Source: the human T2T-CHM13v2.0 reference genome, Homo sapiens. From it: a stretch of 64,000 nt of DNA. The notes below the pieces were generated by a model. The model was not told the DNA's origin and made no database searches. It saw nothing but the letters and a program-made list of their open reading frames with translations. Positions 59,238 to 64,000 of the stretch are shown in pieces. The translations under genes and the position numbers were made by a program. The stretch lies in assembly GCF_009914755.1 (NCBI RefSeq), contig NC_060937.1. One strand, written 5' to 3'. Within the stretch, counting starts at the first letter, position 1. Each line of letters starts with the position of its first letter.

Positions 59238-61304
59238 GAGGTGACGTGAAAAGCAGTGGAGCATTTACAATTTGTAATTGATCCTGGCAGGAGAGGCACT
59301 GGGATGTGGTAGTAGGTACTTCCTGAGGATATAATTAATACTTATTTGATGTTTACTAATTTTATCATAAATAATGAAGAAAAAATAAATACATGTCTAT
59401 AGAACTTCTGAAGGAAAGGAAGAAAAAATGCTTTATCTTGTTCTGAGCCTGAGATATCACTGACTTCAAAAAAGGGCTATCAGGACCATTATGGGCTTGC
59501 TTCTCATGAGATCATCTTGGTTATCATATTGGAAAAGTTAAAAAAAAACTGAAAGTCACACTAATTTCAGAATAGAGTATAACGCAATATGGAAAAATAC
59601 TGAGAATTTAGGCACAGTTCTTAGTAGGTCAGTTAATATTTCTGCTATCGGGGTAGGCACGCAGTTTTGGAAAGAAGATGGACTCTGGTAATTCTACTGT
59701 TGCTGTGTTGCAGTGTGTTAATTCCTACATATTCATTTGGATAAAAATGTGATTGTAATTTTTCTCTTGTATTTCAACAATTCTTGGTACAATTGCATAC
59801 ATGTTCCTTTCTCAGCTCTAGGTACACACATTAGCTACAGCTCCATCCCAAGAATGATGTCCTCTAAGTTGTAAAGAGATTGATCAGTGTTCACATTTGC
59901 TTTTGTACCTTTAAAATGATAAATTGAATAATGGGATAATCAAGATCTACTTTAATTAGCTGGGTACGGTGTGTGCATATATTTGTAGACCACCATTTAA
60001 AATTCAGTGTTTGAAAGTTGTAGGAGTGATGTAAAATTTGACCTGAGAAACATTTTGAAAGGTTATTTGCTTGATTCTTCTTGTGAGTGTAATGATGATT
60101 AATGGGCAAATTGGTTTACTTCAAATACTTTTGAGTAGCTAAATTTGCTATATTGCATTCATTAAAGGCAGGCATTTTATTAGAATCTTATACCTGAAGC
60201 TCAAGATAGAGCAAAGATATACACAACACAATAGGCAAAACCAACTTCCATGAAAGAGTGTTATTTTTCCCAGAATTGAACCATTTTTCTATGTGTTTCT
60301 AACCCCACTACTGTGCCATTATTAGTATTTGGGAGCAGAAAGCAAACCCAGAATCAGACAGGAAAGTCTAGCTTCAGACTATAAGATAGTACTGGGAATT
60401 TAGCAAATTAAACAAGTGTACTCTGTGAAATTAATGTATCTGCTTCAAATTCTTCCACTTATTTAAGTTGTCGATGGTTTTATATGTAGGAGAAAAATTC
60501 TTTTAGTTTGGTAACTAAACTTTATCTTGGAATTGTTTCCTTCTCAGAGTTCGTATATTTTCTGTAAGATTCAGTAATGTTTGGTACATATATTTAGTTT
60601 ATCTTCTTTGAGCTATCAGGTTTTGGAAGTATCATGGTGTTTTCAAAGACAGCTGGGTTAATTCAGCTGTTGGCCTGGTCTATACACCTTTTAAGACTAG
60701 ATGCAGTCAGTTATGATAGATGCATTTGTTTTTCTTCAGAGAAATACATGTGCATTGGTATTGATTTTTGGTATTTTTATACTTAATAGTAAACTGTGGG
60801 AGGCCATTACTTCAGATAACAGAGGCTTTAAGAATTAGACAGCTCAGATGACTCTAAATTCTATTTGTAAGCAGTTTCCAGTTAAGGAGATAGGTCTGGC
60901 AGTGTGCCCACTCAGCACAGACCTATTTGACTTGTCTCTCTTTCAATGGTGTGGTTCAGAGCATATAGTCAGGAAGTATAACTTATGTTCAAACAATGCA
61001 TGGGAGCTGGACATCTATTGCCAAAAACAAGCTGCCTGGGGCAGAAATGAAAAAAGCATCGTAAGTGCTATGGAACAACCCACTGTAGGCTTTTAATTGT
61101 CTGCGATTTACATAAGCAACTCTACAAAATGGGAGATACACCCAATTAAATGACAGTAAATTTACTTTGCTGCAGAATGCAATAATTTACATCTTGGTTT
61201 CCCCGCATTGCATTAATTACTGATTTGGTAGCAGATAAAAAAGCATCTGGGTGAAATTTAACCTACATATATTCAAATTAACTATAGAGCTGGATTTATC
61301 TGTG

Positions 61305-61600
61305 TATTTATTTACTCATTTATTCAGTATTTTTATGTGCCAGACGTTGGGAATGAGAAGATGTATAAACAGCTTCATATCCTTCAAAAACTGACAGTTC
61401 AGCAGAAGTGATTGACATTTAAGTAAAAATTATAATGTATTATAAGAAGAACAACAACAAAATTTGTTTAATGCAATTGTAGTATTCATTTGTACATTTA
61501 ATAATATTACCTGAGCCTCTACTACATGCCAGAGACACAGTGGTGAGCTGAGGTATACATGTCCTAGAAATAAGGACAAGTCAAATGTTCTTAGAAGAGC
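61305..61600 (-). mobile_element. L2 3' fragments
   Basis: tttactcatttattcagtatt...atgtgccag; cattt...ctgagcctctactacatgccag. Confidence 0.55.
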
Positions 61601-61904
61601 ACAGCCACTAGGACACCCATTTCTGGTAGTATGAAAGGCTACCTGATTAAAATAACCAAAGACTGACAAAAATATATTTTAAAAATCTTTTAAACTGCAT
61701 TGCTGAACTAACACAAAAAGGTTGAATCTGAAGAGGCCAAAACTTAAGAGCTGGAATTCTGCAAGGTGGATAAGCTCCAAAGTTGGCGTTCACCCTGAGG
61801 TTTTCTGCCAAATCCACAAAACCTTGAACTTTCACATCTGTGCCAAGTGACTCCACCAGATACTTGGGGAACGGGTAATCTATACTCCCTCTGAGAAGGA
61901 GGAA

Positions 61905-64000
61905 CAGACAGCAATTCCAAATTCATTATATGGGGCAAGCACAACCTTGATACAAAAACCTGATAAGGAGATTAGAAAAAAATAAAAATTATAGTCTGCT
62001 TTCTTCATGAATGGGGATATGGATATCTAATAAAAGTTCTAAGCACATGAAATCCAGATACATCTAACAAGAGAGTGTATAATGATCAAGTTGTGTTATC
62101 TCAGGAATGTTAAGTTGATTTAAAATTAAGAAATTGATTACTATGTCACACAAAACAAATTAAAGGATTTTTTGAAAACTTTTGTTTTTCAGGCAGGGTC
62201 TGACAGGGTCTGACTCTGTTGCCCAGGTTGGAGTGCAGTAGTGTGATCATGGCTCACTGCAGCCTCAACCTCCTGGGCTCAAGCAATCCTCCCACCTGAC
62301 CCTCCCAAGAAGCTAGGACAACAAGTGTGTGCCACCATGCCAGACTAGTTTTTAAAGTTTTTGGTAGAGATGGGGTCTTGTTGTGTTGCCTAGGCTGGTC
62401 TCAAACTCCTGGCCTCAAGTGATCCTCCTACCTCAGCCTCCCAAAGTGCTGGGTTTACAGGCATGAGCCACTGTGCTCAGCCTAAAAACTTTTAATAGAA
62501 TGACAAAAAAGGAATTTGAAGAACATCAGCATTTATTTATGACTTGAATAATTTGTGGCGAACTAGGTGTATAATGAAACTTTATTAGTCTGGCAAAAGG
62601 GATCTATACAAAACCTACAATAAGCATACACCTACTGGTGAAATATTGAAAGCATTCTTTTTAAGATCAAGAACAAGATAAGAAAGCCCACTGTCACAAT
62701 TCCTCATTTTTATTATACAGGAGATTTCAGCCAATGCAATGTGACAAACAAAAAGAATGACTGGAGGAAGAAGCAAAACTGTCATTGTTTAAAGCTTATC
62801 AATGAAGAAAACTCAAAATGATTTACAAATATATTGCTAGAATTGAGAAGGCAATTTAGCAAATTACTGGGTATAAAATCAATAAATGTATGTATCTGTG
62901 TGTCTATGTATGTTTGTATCTATCTATCTAAATGAGTTGCATTTCTAGATGCTAGCACCAAGAATTTGGTGTAGCAATATAAATAAAGTAACAAGAAATA
63001 AATCTAACAAGAGTTTTGTAATAACCATATTTCCATTTAGATAATGTGTGAGGTTAGGCAAATAGTACTAGGGAACAATTATAGATTATAAATTTGATTT
63101 GAAAAAATTAAAGAAAACCAAAATGGATGGAGAGCTATATCATGTTCCTAGCTAGGAAGACATTAACTTTTCCCAAGTTGATTTATAGGTTCAATGCCAA
63201 TTTAACCTTAATGGAGTTGTGTGAATTTTGTAACTAGACGAACTGTTTTTTAAAAGATTTATTTGAAAAAAGAAAGTGCAGAGAATACCCGAGACACCCA
63301 TGAAGAAGCTGAAGGTAAGACAAACCCTTTCAAATACAGGCTTATTTAAATCTATATTCCAGCTTAGACACTGTAGGGAGTTAGAACTAGAACCACGGAG
63401 TAAAATGTAGAGCACACCAAGAACTCAGGCAAATATTAAAACTTAATTTATACAAACAGCATTGTAGAACAGAGGTAAATGTAAATGTAGCTAGGACAAA
63501 TAATTAATCATATGATAAGAGTGAAATTGGGTGCCTGCCTCCATACCAAGAGTAAATTACAAGTAATTAAAAAATTTAAAAGTGAAAGAGAAAACTATAA
63601 AATGTTTAGAGGAAAATATAGGATTATGTTTTTATGACCACAGGGTAGAAAAATATTTCTTGAACAAGACACAAATAATACAAGACACAAAAGAGCAAAC
63701 CATTTAGTAAGGATTTAACTTGACCATATTAAAACTAAGATATTGTTTATCAAAAGACAATGTAAACAGAAAAGACAAGCCACAAACTGGCAACACATAC
63801 AGCTGGGAAATAACTAGTAGGCAGATTAAACAAAAGAACTTCCTCAAATCAGTAAGAAAAAGACAATTCAGTAGGAAAATAGAAAATAAACACAAGAAAA
63901 AAGGAACATAAATGGCTCACAACATGTGACAAGATGTGAAATAACATTATTAGTCAAGGAAAGAATTGAAAGCAAAGTGAAATACCTTTACCACCCAGTA
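61905..64000 (+). mobile_element. Old L1M (L1ME-like) ORF2 remnant, interrupted by an AluJ, running off the window end
   Basis: aattcattata...aaccttgatacaaaaacctgataagg; ggtgaaatattgaaagcattctttttaagatcaagaacaag; aaaactataaaatgtttagaggaaaatatagga. Confidence 0.85.
62180..62482 (-). mobile_element. AluJ
   Basis: gtgtgatcatggctcactgcagcctcaacctcctgggctcaag; TSD aaaactttt. Confidence 0.93.

Overview
AT-rich, CpG-depleted primate (human or ape-like) genomic DNA, most likely a long intron or intergenic interval. I see no credible protein-coding gene, RNA gene, CpG island or CRISPR array, and I cannot name the locus. The ORF track is explained by Alu, LTR or microsatellite read-through and by chance ORFs. 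The window holds about 20 Alus (J, S and Y classes, many with target-site duplications, TSDs), MaLR LTRs (THE1, MLT1), an ERV1 solo LTR (LTR9/MER61 group), an ERVL LTR40-like element, a MER82 DNA transposon, old L1/HAL1, L2 and MIR fragments, and microsatellites. Between these lie repeat-poor stretches rich in homeodomain, PBX-MEIS, TCF and NFI motifs that may be conserved enhancers. Items worth a second look are candidate cryptic exons, an OCT/SOX-type motif in the LTR, nested insertions, and many short quasi-palindromic or duplicated scars. Repeat subfamily calls come from recalled consensus sequences, and boundaries of old elements are approximate. I found no convincing novel biological system.
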